Below, piece after piece: positions 12,949-25,942 of a stretch of DNA of 64,000 bases. The position numbers and the translations under genes are program-made. The notes under the pieces were generated by a model, which was given only the letters and a program-made list of their open reading frames with translations, had not been told where the DNA came from and ran no database searches. How positions within the stretch are numbered: the first letter of the stretch is position 1; every line of letters begins with the position of its first letter. Origin of the DNA: Geosiphon pyriformis uo1 (Eukaryota; Fungi; Glomeromycota); the NCBI GenBank assembly GCA_016748015.1, contig JAAOMT010000261.1:74733-138732 (forward strand), in the 5' to 3' direction.

Positions 12949-15237
12949 GATAACAAATATTGTTTTTTGTTTTCTTAATTTTATAATTACAATTAAAACA
13001 AAGAGTAAAAAGACTGCACTTGATATTTTTCCTGAAATATCTAATAAAATTTCAACCAGAAAAGCTTTTTCTGTTGTGGAAGCAACTAAGCAGAATATTT
13101 TAGAAGTCTTCCTTTTACTTAGTAATCATAAAAAGCTGTTTTTAGTAGCTACTAAAGCAATTTTTTTATCTTTGACTGGTTTTTCACCAGTTAAAATTCC
13201 CTCAAAAAGACATACTTAAGTTAATCCCAATGTTGTCTCTATTCCAACTAAGAGCCCAAAAGTTTTTAATAATAGATCTGTAAACAAGTTGGTCTTCTTT
13301 TCTTTAATTTAATATCTGGTGCTGCTAGCACTATTTTTTCAAAAAAAATGGTCAAAAAAACCAAAAGTTCAGAAAAGTGGAAGTAATCATTTGCCTATGC
13401 TATTGTTACACCGAATTCCTTTGTGGTTTCCAATAAGATCTTAGGTGAAATCTCTATAGTATCATCTGGCACATCATCTAAGATGGGTCAAGATCAACCA
13501 CTGGCTATGTTGTCAAATGTGGAATCTTTCAGCAGATCATTGCCAGTTTTAGAAGCAAAACAATCATTTTTTGTAATGTCACCTGTTTCTGAAAACTGGG
13601 CTGACCAAATGGAACTGAATTATCTCTTTTTCTGGTTTTTGGTGCTGCTATTGGTGGTACTTGAAAAACTATTACTAGTCGTCAAAAGTTTACTGAGTGG
13701 GTGGTCTCTTCTCTGGTACTTGGTGCTACTTTCAAGATTAAATTGGCTCATGTTAAGACTGTTTTCCAGTTTGTGCATGGTTTTTTGGATGCAAAGTCAG
13801 TTTTGAAAGACAATATAAAGTTTTTTTGTATAGAGTTTGCTTTTCAAAACTTTTTGGATGCTGCATTTTTGGTTGAGCTTGCAAGTTCTATTCACCTTGC
13901 CACTTTTAAAATTTCCAAATCTTTGGTGGTTTTTGAGTCTGGCTCCCTTTTTGCTGCTATTATATTGCATAATGTGCTTTTGGGTGTGTTTGCTGTTGAC
14001 ATTAAGACAGCTCTTGGTGTCTTTGGTGAAATTTTTTACATTTAGTCAAGATCTGCTGGTATTTGACAATATATTGTTGTTTACTTTAAGAATTTGAATG
14101 TTGTCACATCTGTTTTTAATTATTGGTCAGTTTTGATGAACAAAAATAATGTTTGAATTCTTTCCCTTGTGAATTAACAGAAGACAATTATGTCTTGTAA
14201 TAGGTTTAAGACCAAGTTGGTTAATTTTTTTCTTGGCTGTACTGCTTTTGAAATCAGTAATATGATTTTTTAAGTTGGTAATCAATCTTGTTTTATTCTT
14301 CAGTCTTCTAATTCTGGTTATTGTTTCTATTTTGCTCTGGTTATATTTAGCTCCCAAGCTAATTTGGATCTTGTTGTTGTCAAAATTGATACACTAAGAA
14401 AGTGCCATATCTGGTGAGAAACCCCTGGTTGTTGGTATTGTTTTAGATATCAAGAATTGGACCACTTGGCTGTAGACTATAAGATTGCTCCACTTTTCTC
14501 TTTTAAGACTTCCAAGATGTTTAAACCATATTTTGTTAGTTTTTTGTCTTATGCAAAAGCATCTGCTCCTTTTGTTCTCTCTAAATTTCTTTCTTTGATA
14601 GCTTTTGTTTCTTCTGTGACTGTTGCTAATTTTTTAATGTTTTTTTGGTTAGCTGCTTTGGAATCTGATTTGGCCAAGTTGTCAACTTTGGTAGAATCTA
14701 TTATTAAGTCTGTTAGTAGATTAATAACTATTTTTGAGCAATTTATTAAGAGTAATCTTGTGTCTAACAGTGTGCTTGATAGTAAAGTCAATAAACTTAT
14801 AATGCATTTGGGTGTTTTTAGCAAATTTGTTGATAGGTTGAAGAGAAAAATGATGACATTGAAGATTGAATATAACATGAAAGATACTGGTTTGTCTGGT
14901 AATTCTGGTGTTCCAGTTGGAGTAAGTAATAAAGTGTTTGATAAGTTAATGGCATTCTGGGAATTTGAATCTCTTAAGGTTAGATTCAGTTTCATAAAAA
15001 CAGTTAAGTGGCTTGTTGGATTGGTTCTTAGTAGTCTTACTTTGTTTAATATAGTTTAAAAGATATCTACTTTAAACAAGTTTTTTTGTGAGTTAGCAGC
15101 ATAGTATAGCCTAAACTGGCTTGAGTAGCTGGTTATATATAGAAAGTGCATGAATCACATTTAGCCCTGAATTACTTAGTTTGGTTCTAATTTTTAAATA
15201 GTGGTTAGATCATATTCATTAAATTATTAATATTAAT
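12949..15237 (+). mobile_element. ORF1-only non-LTR (LINE-derived) element, copy 1; decayed ORF ~12983-15104
   Basis: One ~700-codon decayed ORF with an RRM-like region, a CCHC knuckle (C-FR-Y[C]-QELD-H-LAVD-Y[C], ~14437-14480), a SYAK motif and a C-terminal coiled coil. No APE or RT. 3' hairpin and (TAA)n tail. Flanked by aataataaaatttaaa at 12933-12948 and 15238-15253. Confidence 0.7.
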
Positions 15238-16027
15238 AATAATAAAATTTAAATTAATTTATATAAAATAAGATCAAAAACATATAAATAACAATTAAAA
15301 TTATATGATATTTAATATATTAATTATATTATACCAAAAAAATAAAATAAACTTTTTATATAAAATAATTTTTAAAAAATAAACCAAGTTTATATTGTTT
15401 TTTTAAATAATATTTAAAAAATAATATTAAAGCTCAAATTAATACATATAAAAAATTTAAAAACATTTAAATTATAGTTAAAATTACATAATATTTATGT
15501 AAAATGGTTTTTATAAAAAAACAAAACAAATTTATATTGTTTTTTTAAATAAATTTTATGTAAAAACTGTTTATAATTATATATTTAAAATAAAATTTTT
15601 TAGAATAATTAAAAAACATAAAAAGATAAATTAATTATTAATAATAATTAATAAAATTAAATTTATAAAGTTTATTTAAATTTGTTTTAATTTAAAAAAT
15701 TTAAAAAATATAAATTTAAAAACTGTTATAAGCAGTTATATAATATAAATTTGAATAAAATTTTATAATAAACTTAATTTAATTTTAATTGGTTTAATAA
15801 TTAGTTATATATAAAAACAATAATTGATTTTTTATTGGCTATTTTTTAAGTACATACTTTTTTTAAGTATATAAATATAGTTGGTTTTAAAAACACTGTA
15901 TTTATAGATAATTTACTGTATAATAAATAGTAAATAATACTTTTAATTTTACAATTAAAAAAATTTAAAAAGACTAAATTATAATATTATGTGTTATTGA
16001 ATTTTAAATGCATTTTTTAAGAATAAT

Positions 16028-16084
16028 ATAGTAATAGTAATAGTAATAGTAATAGTAATAGTAATAGTAATAATAATAATAATA
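16028..16084. repeat. (TAGTAA)n/(TAA)n microsatellite
   Basis: Direct reading of tandem repeats. Confidence 0.9.
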
Positions 16085-16158
16085 ATTTCTTTTAAAATAT
16101 TTATTATAAAAGGAATAATGATAATAATAATTAATTTTATGACTCATAAAGCTGACTG

Positions 16159-16182
16159 ACGCGTCAATCTCAAAGTACGCGT
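16159..16182. promoter_or_regulatory. Two ACGCGT (MCB-like) elements upstream of the CLASP-like gene
   Basis: ACGCGT at 16159-16164 and 16177-16182, about 320 bp upstream of the ATG at 16495. Confidence 0.45.
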
Positions 16183-16494
16183 AAATCATATGATAAATTT
16201 TCTGTTATGGTTATTCTCTGATTTTAAATATATTTAAGGCTTCATATCAAAATAAGACGACCTTTTAACTTTTTCTGCTGTACGCTCTTTTGCAAAGTTT
16301 CTTCGTTAGGTATGAAATATATATTAGCCGGAAACTAGAGTGGTTCATCTTATATGATCCCAACACAATCCTTTAACTCTGCTGGTTTACTAATAAAAGG
16401 TTTAGGGAATACGAGCTAGCCGAACACTTCCGTTTTCTCGTTCTTGTATAAAACTTGATTGAAAAATCAAGTATCGGTCTCGAATTGAAATAAG

Positions 16495-19400
16495 ATGTCT
16501 GACCTTATTGAAGTAAGTTTCACAAAGCTTTAGCGCACTTAGACTCTTGATTCTTAATGGAACCTTTGGAACCTTGGAAACCTTAATATTTTTGAAGCTT
16601 GAAAACGTCAGACAATTGGAGGAAGAAATCAAACAATTTCAGGAATTGTTCGAACAAAAAGAAACTGAGCACACTTGGCAACAATTCGATGTCGCTATAA
16701 AAAGGTTTGGCGCCCTAACACGTGGCGGTGCTTCCAAGTTTGAGCAGGCGTTTATAACTGGAATTAAGTGTTTGAAACATCCACTTTTAAACTCAGTATG
16801 TCTTTGTCAAGCTTTTCGGGGCCTTATTTGCTGAGAATTCATGAATGAACACAGTTTCCTAATTTGCCTTTTTCATTCTTATTTTAGTTGCTCACTGACA
16901 GAACAAGACTCTCTGGGTCCACCTTAGAATTAATTCAAGAATTTTCCATAGCTCTAGGCCGAAAATTCGAATCTTTAGCCGATATTTTCATCCCAGGGAT
17001 TTTAAAATTATGCTCGAGATCCAACAAAGTCTTCGTAAACAGGGCTCGAGGATGCATGGGCACCATCCTCCGAGAATCACGAGTTCTGAACCTTATCCCA
17101 AAGTTAAAGGATGCTTTACAAAATCAAAGCAAACCTTTGCGATCTAGTGCGGCCGAATTCATGTTGATTTGTATGGAATTGAATGACAAATCTGCTCTTT
17201 TCACTCAAATTGAAGAATTGGAGGTAGCAATTAGAGTGGGGTCTGTAGACTCTTTACAAGAAGTCAGGGAAACGTTAAGAAAAGTTTTTCTCATCTATAA
17301 AGAAAAATTTCCTGATAGGGTTGAAAAGTAAGTGGAGATATATTTTTTATCAATTGGCATGGTTGATTATTGGTAAATAAAAATAACCGATTCCTTAAAA
17401 TTGCACTAGTTTTATGAACTCACTCCCAGCACTGGCGAAAAAATATCTTGACATAGCTCCTAAAGGATCCAAAACAAAACCAAATTTTCGTCAATTTCGA
17501 CAGTCTTTGGGACTGGATCGAAATCAGTTGCCAAAAAAGGAAGATATTGATATCATTGTTTACGAAAGTCCAAAGAACAAAAGTTCAAACAAGCCTGATC
17601 CTAAAACCTGGGAAGGCTTGAACAGAAACCCAGTTCAAAAAACAATTTTTACAGCATCAAAATTATCAAAAAATGAATCAGAAATGCGAAAAACCCCACT
17701 TAACAAATTCCCTGAATCTTCAAAAAATATGACTAAAAGAGAAATCTCTGCTAAAGAAAACTTGAATATGAGTCCATTAAAGGGATCAATCGCATCCGCC
17801 AAAAACCTTCCGAAACATATTGAAAGCAGCATTGACAAAAAACCTTTAAAGCCAATCTTCGAGAACAACTGGGCCGTAGATGTCGATACAATACCTTTGG
17901 TTTTGAAAACTGAACATTCTTCAAAAAACGAAAATTTAAAAACATCCGAAATTCCATCCGAAAATCACAAAATCCTTCCAATCCGGGAAAATAATCCACT
18001 TCCGCCTATCGCTGAAGAATCGGAACCACAACTGACTTCTTGGACCCCTCTCAACACAGGACATTCAGATATATATTCGGATTCTGTTTCGACATTTGAT
18101 CACCATAATCCTTTTCTTGTCTCTAACAATGAGGATGACCGTCAAAATAATATCTCTGTTGCTCGAAATGTCAAATTGGCTCCTCCTTCAACACCACACT
18201 CATCCGCACAGAGAATGCCGTTGAATTCCCAAATGAATAATGCCCGACGAAATACTGGATCTGTGGCCGGTAAATCTCAAAATCTTCATTTTTCCAAATA
18301 AAAAGTTTTTATCATTGCTTACGTATTGTTTCATTGAATTATAGCTCCATCGAAAGGTGGCGCTCAGCGTGTCAAAAAACGTGTGTTGGACTCAAAAGAG
18401 GAACCAAAATCGAAAGCTACAAGGGTAGCCTTAAACAATAATGAATTGTTGTCCAATCAAGATCCAGTTCCCTCAAAAACCGAATCAGAATCACTGGCAA
18501 CTATTGGAACGCGAACAGGAACCAGATCTGTAACTCTTACTCAAGAAGAGGGCTCAACAGTACACTCAAATAACAAAATGACTGGAATTACCAATACAAG
18601 GCAGTTTAAATCGACATCCTTGAAGCCTTCAACGAATGGTCAGGGATTAAAGTTATCACCGATGGTTACGCGTAAAACATCTTCCCTTAAAACCTCATCA
18701 ATTCCTAAACCATCATCAGATGCCTCGCCGTCTAAAAAGGATGCAGTTCCTGTATCATATGAAAACTCTTCAATGGATACGATGACAACAAGACAAAGAG
18801 CTACATCTTCTACATCCTCTTCTCAGTCTAAACGTTCAATACCAAATCACAATCGGTTTACCCCGTATGATCGAGCTCCCGCCGGAGTTAAACCCCCTCC
18901 TAAGCGACAAGGCAAGGGTCTCCCAGCAAATTCGGCCCTCGCTAAAAGGCAAATATATTCAGACAAATTGAAGTTAGCCTCTGAAGCTGCAAAAAAACAA
19001 GAGCAATTAGATGCCCACCTTAAAACTTCTGTAATAGATACAAAAATTGATACCAAAGAAATTATTGAACGAATTTCAGAAAATTTGTCCCAGCAATCTT
19101 CGGACACTTCTGTGAATTTTGATTCCGCCAATGATCGCAAACTCAATGCTCATGAGAATCTATCGACTATTGTCCATACATTAGTTGACAATAGTACCAA
19201 CTCTTCTACAAAAGCAGAAGATTCTCAAATCCCCAATACCGAACCAATAATTTCAAATCAGGCAAAATCTCCTCAACGGCAATCAGAAATTGATATGAGA
19301 TCAGACCACCTTGAAGATAATAGATACTCGTCAGTTCAAGAAACATCTGAGCTAATCAACGATCACATTGGATCTATCCCGCTGTCCAGTAATACACAAG

Positions 19401-19781
19401 ATATTGAGATGGAGGAAGTTAAAGAGGATTCGTCACTCATTACTCCCATGATTCAGGACTCCCTTTGCACAATAGGTAACAAAAATTATAATCTCCGTCC
19501 ACTTTATCAAAGTTTCTCCTTTTTGGATGAAAAGGCTTTTAATCAGCATCCAAACATTTTTGTTTCAAGTTAACGAAAAAGAACAAGAATCGTGCAAATC
19601 CTCCATCGAAAAGGATCTCAATTTTACCCATGATGAAACTCACCTATTCCCACACTCAATTGCTGAATTTCCACCTTCCTACGATATGGAACTTTTCTTG
19701 ACAGATGTAAATATGAGTGAAGTTGATCGCGTTGAGCCAATACCTCAGGATCAAATCATCTTGGGACTGCGCATTTATTAA
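16495..19781 (+). CDS. CLASP N-terminal (TOG-like) domain protein, Stu1/CLASP-related, with a long low-complexity tail; 6 exons
   Basis: Exons ~16495-16512, 16598-16795, 16888-17327, 17410-18269, 18344-19475, 19570-19781 with GT-AG introns. Motifs ETEHTWQ, LTDRTRLSGS, LKLCSRSNKVF and KPLRSSAAE are typical of CLASP_N. Confidence 0.8.
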
Positions 19782-22700
19782 TCATATGTTGTCGACATTA
19801 AAAAACTTGGCTCAGATCAACGGGATAGCAATAGAAGTTAAAATTTGGAAAGTACATCAAGCATATTTTCATATTTATATAATATGGTCTTTAGTCTTAG
19901 TGATTTAGGTTGAGGAAATCAAATAAAAGCTAAATTTTGTAGTAGTTAATCCGGGATTGGTTCATTATTTGAGATTGTTATGATTGGCTATTTTGGTTTT
20001 ATATTTCACTAATTCAGAGGGTTCATGTCGACCTTTTTAATGATCGCAGATGAATTGATAATAGTATTTTGTTTAAACTAGTTTCTGGTGTTTGTAAGTT
20101 GCTTTTTGGTGCATATGTTATTAGGTTCAGCTTTTAATTCAAATAAAAATTGTTTTTTACAATAATTTTCAATATTGTGGTCAAGTTTTTAAAAATAAGT
20201 TTCAAATGTTTCAACAGTAAAGTTTTCAAGTAAATTGTGTTTAATTTCCAAAATACTGTAGTTTTCAAATAAATAATTGTTGATTTAGTTGTAAAATATA
20301 GATTTTACAATTATAATTTTGTTTAAAATTCCAAATTATTGTTTATAGTAAGTGTTTACAGTATTTGTAAAGCTGTTAGTAGTATTTTAATATTGTTAAT
20401 TTAGTAATTGTTATTTTGTATAAATTTTAGTTAATGTGTTAATTTTTAAAAAAGCATTAAAATATTTGTACTTTTTTTAATATTAATAAAAAGTATTAAA
20501 ACTAATTAATAATAAAATTAAAAAATACTTTTATGTTAATTTAAATTTAAATTTAATTGGTAATAACATATTAAACAATTTTAGCAAAAAAATTTAATAA
20601 ATTAAGTGTTTTTAACAACATAATATAAAAAAATTTAATTAAAAAATATTTCAAAAATAAATTTTTTACAAAAATATAAATTAATCAATTAATAATAAAT
20701 TAAAAATAAAACAAAAATTTTATAAGTTAAATAAATTAAAAGCTTTAAAAAAAATACTAAAATTGTTAATTAATTATTTTATAATAAATTTAATAAAATG
20801 CACAATTACATAATAAAAATATATAATAAAAATATATTATTAAAAAAATTATGTTTTAAAAAATTATTACAACCAAAAAAACATTAATTATAAATTTAAA
20901 ACTTAAATATTATTACAAAATAAAAAACTTCTTTTTTTTCTATGTCCTAAATTTTCCAAAAAACATATTTTAAAAAAAAAAGTTTTTTTTTCTTGTTTTT
21001 TTCTTTAATATTTCTCAACTTAATAACTTTTTTATTGGAAATTTAAAAGCTGCTTTAAGCAGTAATATGTCTAAGAAAAAAATGCTTAAAGAAACTTTTT
21101 ATGATCCAATTAGTGACTTTTTTTTTTAAAAAAAAAAGTTATTCTTAGTAATATCAAACATTCTGATAATAAGAAAAACATTTTCTTAATTATGTTTAAT
21201 TTTGATAATAGTTTATTTTTAGATATAAATGGTGATTTTAGTAATGATAAAGACAATAATTCTGTAACTAGTGTTAATAATAGTTTTTTTTTTGGTTTAA
21301 TTGCTATGATTCCTAAGGCCAAAAGAATAATATCTAGTGCAGTTTATAGTTTTTTTCTTGGTTTTTTTGATTTTAATATGAATAAAAAAGTTGGTATACT
21401 TTTATTTTCTTTTAACATTCTCTTAAACAAAAAATAGATTAACTCTAAAATAGTAAAAACTTCAGTTAAAATTGTCATTAAAAAATCTTTTGCTTTGGAT
21501 ATTAATCTGTTAACAATAAAAAGCAAATTAGCAATAATTAAAATTCAAACAATTAGAAAAATTTTTTCATTAATCAACAGTTTTGGAAAAGCCATTACTT
21601 TTTCAAAATTTAAAAAAATAATTAGATCTATATTTACATTAGAAAAAAGTATAAAAAAAACTATATTATTGGCTAAAAAAAAGGAATTATTGTAAATAAT
21701 AATGTCAAAAAACAAAAAATTTATTCAAATTAGACTGTAGTTATTAAGAAGATTTCTATGAATATATCAAAAAAAATAATTATTGTAGCTCTTTCTAAAT
21801 TTAGTCAAATAGTATCAATCTGTTTACAATTAATTAGACTGTAGTAAAAAGCTGTAGTAAAGTTTGCCAAATTAGCTTAAGCAGATTAATTGACAGCAAA
21901 ATGGTTATTTTTAATTGAAAAAAATTCAGTACACATAGCCAAAACTGTAGAAGATCATGGTAATTAGATATTAAAAAATCAGTTTAGAGTGTTTTTGTTT
22001 ACTTTGTTAGTAAAAATAATTACTTATAATTTAGGTGCTTTATTAAAAAAGACTAATGAAAAAACTTGTATTATTAATTAATTATTCAATATTAACAACA
22101 AAATTTGCTGTGCTGTGATTGGTTTTAAAACAAATAAAAAGCTTAAAACTGCTTTTTGCATGAAGTCAATTTTTGGTGATGTAAAATTTTTTTAATCTAA
22201 ATTATATTTGGTTTGTTATAGAAAATGCAAGTGTTTTGAACATTCAGCTTTGGAGTGTAATGTATTAAATCCATCTGTTTTGTTCTCTAAAAAAATTTAT
22301 AAAAAAATTGTTTTAAAAGAGAATTGTCTTTAATTAACCAGATTATATGCTAAAAAAAATGTTTTTATTTCTTGTCTTGTCACATTCAGTGGCAAATTTT
22401 GGGCTTAAGTAGTCTTGTTTGCTGTTTTTTTTGATAATACTTACTTTAATTCTGGTTGTGAATTTTTTTTTCTGATATTTTATGTGTTAATAAAAGGCTT
22501 TTAGTTGTTTAAAATAATCTATTTATTAATATTTGCTTGGCATCTTTGGAGTGCTCTTTAAAGTTTTTAGCAGATTAAGTGGCAAGTATTATACAAAGAT
22601 TAAACTTTGTAAATTTGGTACTTTTAGTACTTTTGGTGCTTATTTCTTAATTTATTTTTTTTATTGTGTCTGTATTATTGAATTTGAATTTAAATATGGT

Positions 22701-25700
22701 TTTGGATAATTCACCTGTGTTATCTGTTTTTTTTTCTTTAGTTGTAAATAAAAAAGTATTAGATTTAGGCTTGAGTAGATTAAAAATTTTAATAACCAAG
22801 GTAAATAGCTTGGAATCAAAAATAGTGGCTTTTAAAGTTTTAGTTAATTCAGTTTTAATAAGATTGTATCAATTGTGCTTTGGCTTGGACTTTTTAATAT
22901 TTTCAATGTTTCAATAACTAATTTAATATAGAAGTTTGCTACATATAATATTCGGATTATCAATGTCTTTACAAAGCAAAAAAACATTGTTTATTGACAT
23001 AAAAGTTTGAATAATATGGTTTTTATTGTTATAAAAACAAAGTTAAGATCTAATATTAGACCATAAATTGTGAACAAGTTTGATAAAGTGTGTATTTTTA
23101 TGTTTGGTTTAAATAGAGGTTTTTTTGGTACTGGTGTGGCTATTATTATAAACAATTCTTTGGTTTAACATGTTTTTAAGGTAGAAAAAGTTTTTGGTTA
23201 GATTATTTTGGTGCAGTTTTTCTTTAAAAACAAGCTTTTAGTTACAATTTTGGATTTATATACTAGTATTTCTACTGAAGTTAGATTTGGTTAGACTATA
23301 AAAATCAACTTTTGTATTGTTAAAACAGTTAACTTTAGCATTTTTGTGGTCTTGAATAGGAATTTCAATAAAGATAGGCTTAGAAAAAGTGCAAGTTTCA
23401 AGTTTTGTTTAAATTTAAGATTGGTTAATTTATTTGGTAGACATCTATTGGTCAAAGTTTTTACTTAAAGCAATTTAAAGAATGTTGAAAAGACCTTAGA
23501 TTACATTTTTGTAAGTAAGAGTTTGTTGTTAACAATAGTTAGTCATAGAATTGGCCCTATTTCTGATTTTTTTAATACTAATTACAACACAGTTTTAATT
23601 TTGATTGGTTTGAATGGTTTTTTAAATGTCTATTTAAATAATATGTACAAATAAGCTAACAAAAATTACTAGAAGTTCAAATTTCAAAATACAGATAGTA
23701 CCAAATAAATACAATTTAGGAAGTATTTTTTTGTTAAGTTTTTATTAATGGTAAATAAGTTTTTAGGAATTAAAGTTTGTAAAAATTTGGACATTATGTA
23801 AAAACTATTGAAAAAAATGATAATAGAATTAGCTAATGAGACATTTTCTAGACTTTAGTTTAATGAGTTTTAGTGTTTAAAAAACAGGCAGTCTTTAAAT
23901 TCTTTGGATTAAAAATACTAATTGCCAAAATTATTAAAAAATTGAGTTCAAGTAACATATTTGAATTTAATTATCTTGTTAAAAAATAGTCATTTCTGGA
24001 TGGCAAAAAAGCTACTAAGGTCATAAATATGGTTTAAAATAGTGAAAAGTTAATAAACATTTTTAAACAATTGTCAACAGTTCAGAAAAAGTACAGAAAA
24101 TTCAAGCTTAATAAGTTAAGAATAGTTAAGAAAACATTTATTAAAAAGATAATTGAGAAGCACATAGAAAGTTTTTGTTCTAATAAAGATAATATAATAA
24201 GTAATATTTTGGATTGGTTATTTTATAAAGTGGTTTTAGATCACTTGGTAGTAAAAAATAAGTTAGTTTTGGATTCAGAAAATATTAAGCTTAATGTCAA
24301 TAAGATTATGAAAAATTGAACAAAAAAGCAAATTATGTCTATAGTAATGTCTAATCTTTAGACTTACTAATTTGTACTATTGGACTATATAAATAATAAT
24401 GCTTTTTCTAAAGTTATAAAAAAAATTAGTATAAAAATATTAATTGTGGTTATTAATGATTTGTTTAATAATAAAGCAGCTAAACTATCTGATATCCCTA
24501 ATAAACTTTAAAAACATAGCAGTAATATTGTAATAAAATGTTTTTTGAAACTTTTAAATATATTTTTATTTCTTGGTAATGTCTTTGTTTTATAGAAAAA
24601 AGCATAGATCTCAATAATTTCTAAGTTTTATAATTAGAATAAAATTTTAATAAACATCTAATCTATTATATTAATTAAAACAGCCAAAAAAATTCTTTTT
24701 AAAATTCTTTCAAATCAGATCTTATCTACATGTAATAAGTTTGGTATTCTTTAAAGTGATAATTTTTCAGTATTAAAGAATACTTCAACTTAGTTTTTTA
24801 TATTTGTTATTAAATCTGTAATCAAAAAATACATTGAAAAAGAATAGAAAACTGTGGCTGGTTTTGCAAAATATGCACAAAGCATATAATTTGGTTAGAT
24901 GACATTACTTAAGAACTAGTTTACAGCAAATCAAAATGTGCAATCAGTTTATAAAATTTTTTGGCAGCATATATAAGAATAGAATTAATAGAGTAATAAT
25001 TAATTTTGGTCTTTCAAATGATTATAGAATGCATGATAAATTGAATCAGAGTAAAATATTTTTACTTTTCTTTTAGAGAATCTTTTATAATTTACTCTTA
25101 TGTAAAATTAAGAAACATGAATATTTGTGTGAATACTGGATTAATACTAAGTTTATAGTTAAATCAGACAAGATTGAGAACAGTAATAAAATGACTTTTT
25201 TTTTGCTATTAATGAATTTGTAAATAATACAATTTGGATTAAAAATTGTCAGACTTTTGCACAATATGCTTTGGATATTGTAAGCAAATTTTTTATAATC
25301 AATAATATTTTAATAAACAATAAAAAAACAATAATTATTCTTATCAATCAGAGTATTAAGATTGTTTCTTTGAAAATCAGTGGCTTACTAATTTTAATTG
25401 CCAAAAAAAATAAAGTACACAAATATTTAGAAATTTTTTTATTAATTAAGAGATTGTTAAAGCCAAGTTTGGCTAAAGCTTATTCTGATATTCAATTTTT
25501 TATTAACATAGTGCTTAAAAAAACTATTATGGATAAACAGTTTTCTTATTTAGTATTGGCTGTATTATAGCCTATTGTTAACTATAAGTCTTAGTTTAGT
25601 TTTGTTTTGTCCAATGTGTCTTGTAAGTAAAATATTATTAAGATTCTAATGTTCAGTCTAATTCAGTTTAAGTTTAATTAAACCACTAAACCAAACTAAA

Positions 25701-25942
25701 CTCAAACAAAAGATTTGGCAAAATTTCAAACACAAACTTAAACCAGACTTAAAATTACTAAACTTAAACCAAACCTAAATACATACAACAAGTCTGATTT
25801 AAGTTCAGTTTGAAGTTTATAAACATATTCAGATTTAATTATTAAAAACATTATATTCTACTATATTATTATTTAATTTTCTTTTTAATGATCTCTGTAT
25901 TCATAATTAAAAATACTGTGCTGCTCTTATAGTTGTAAGCAT

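Noticed and set aside
14549-14995. 148-aa antisense ORF
   Set aside because: Shadow of the plus-strand ORF1 remnant; no independent motif.
16004-16189. Poly-Tyr ORF (likewise poly-Ile 46236, poly-Met 48165, poly-Asn/Leu/Tyr 51981-52273, Cys-rich 48860)
   Set aside because: Microsatellite translation artefacts.
20060-20930. Degenerate AT-rich stretch with recurring gttt(t)caa motifs, possibly a DNA transposon end
   Set aside because: No TIR pair, TSD or coding remnant could be established.
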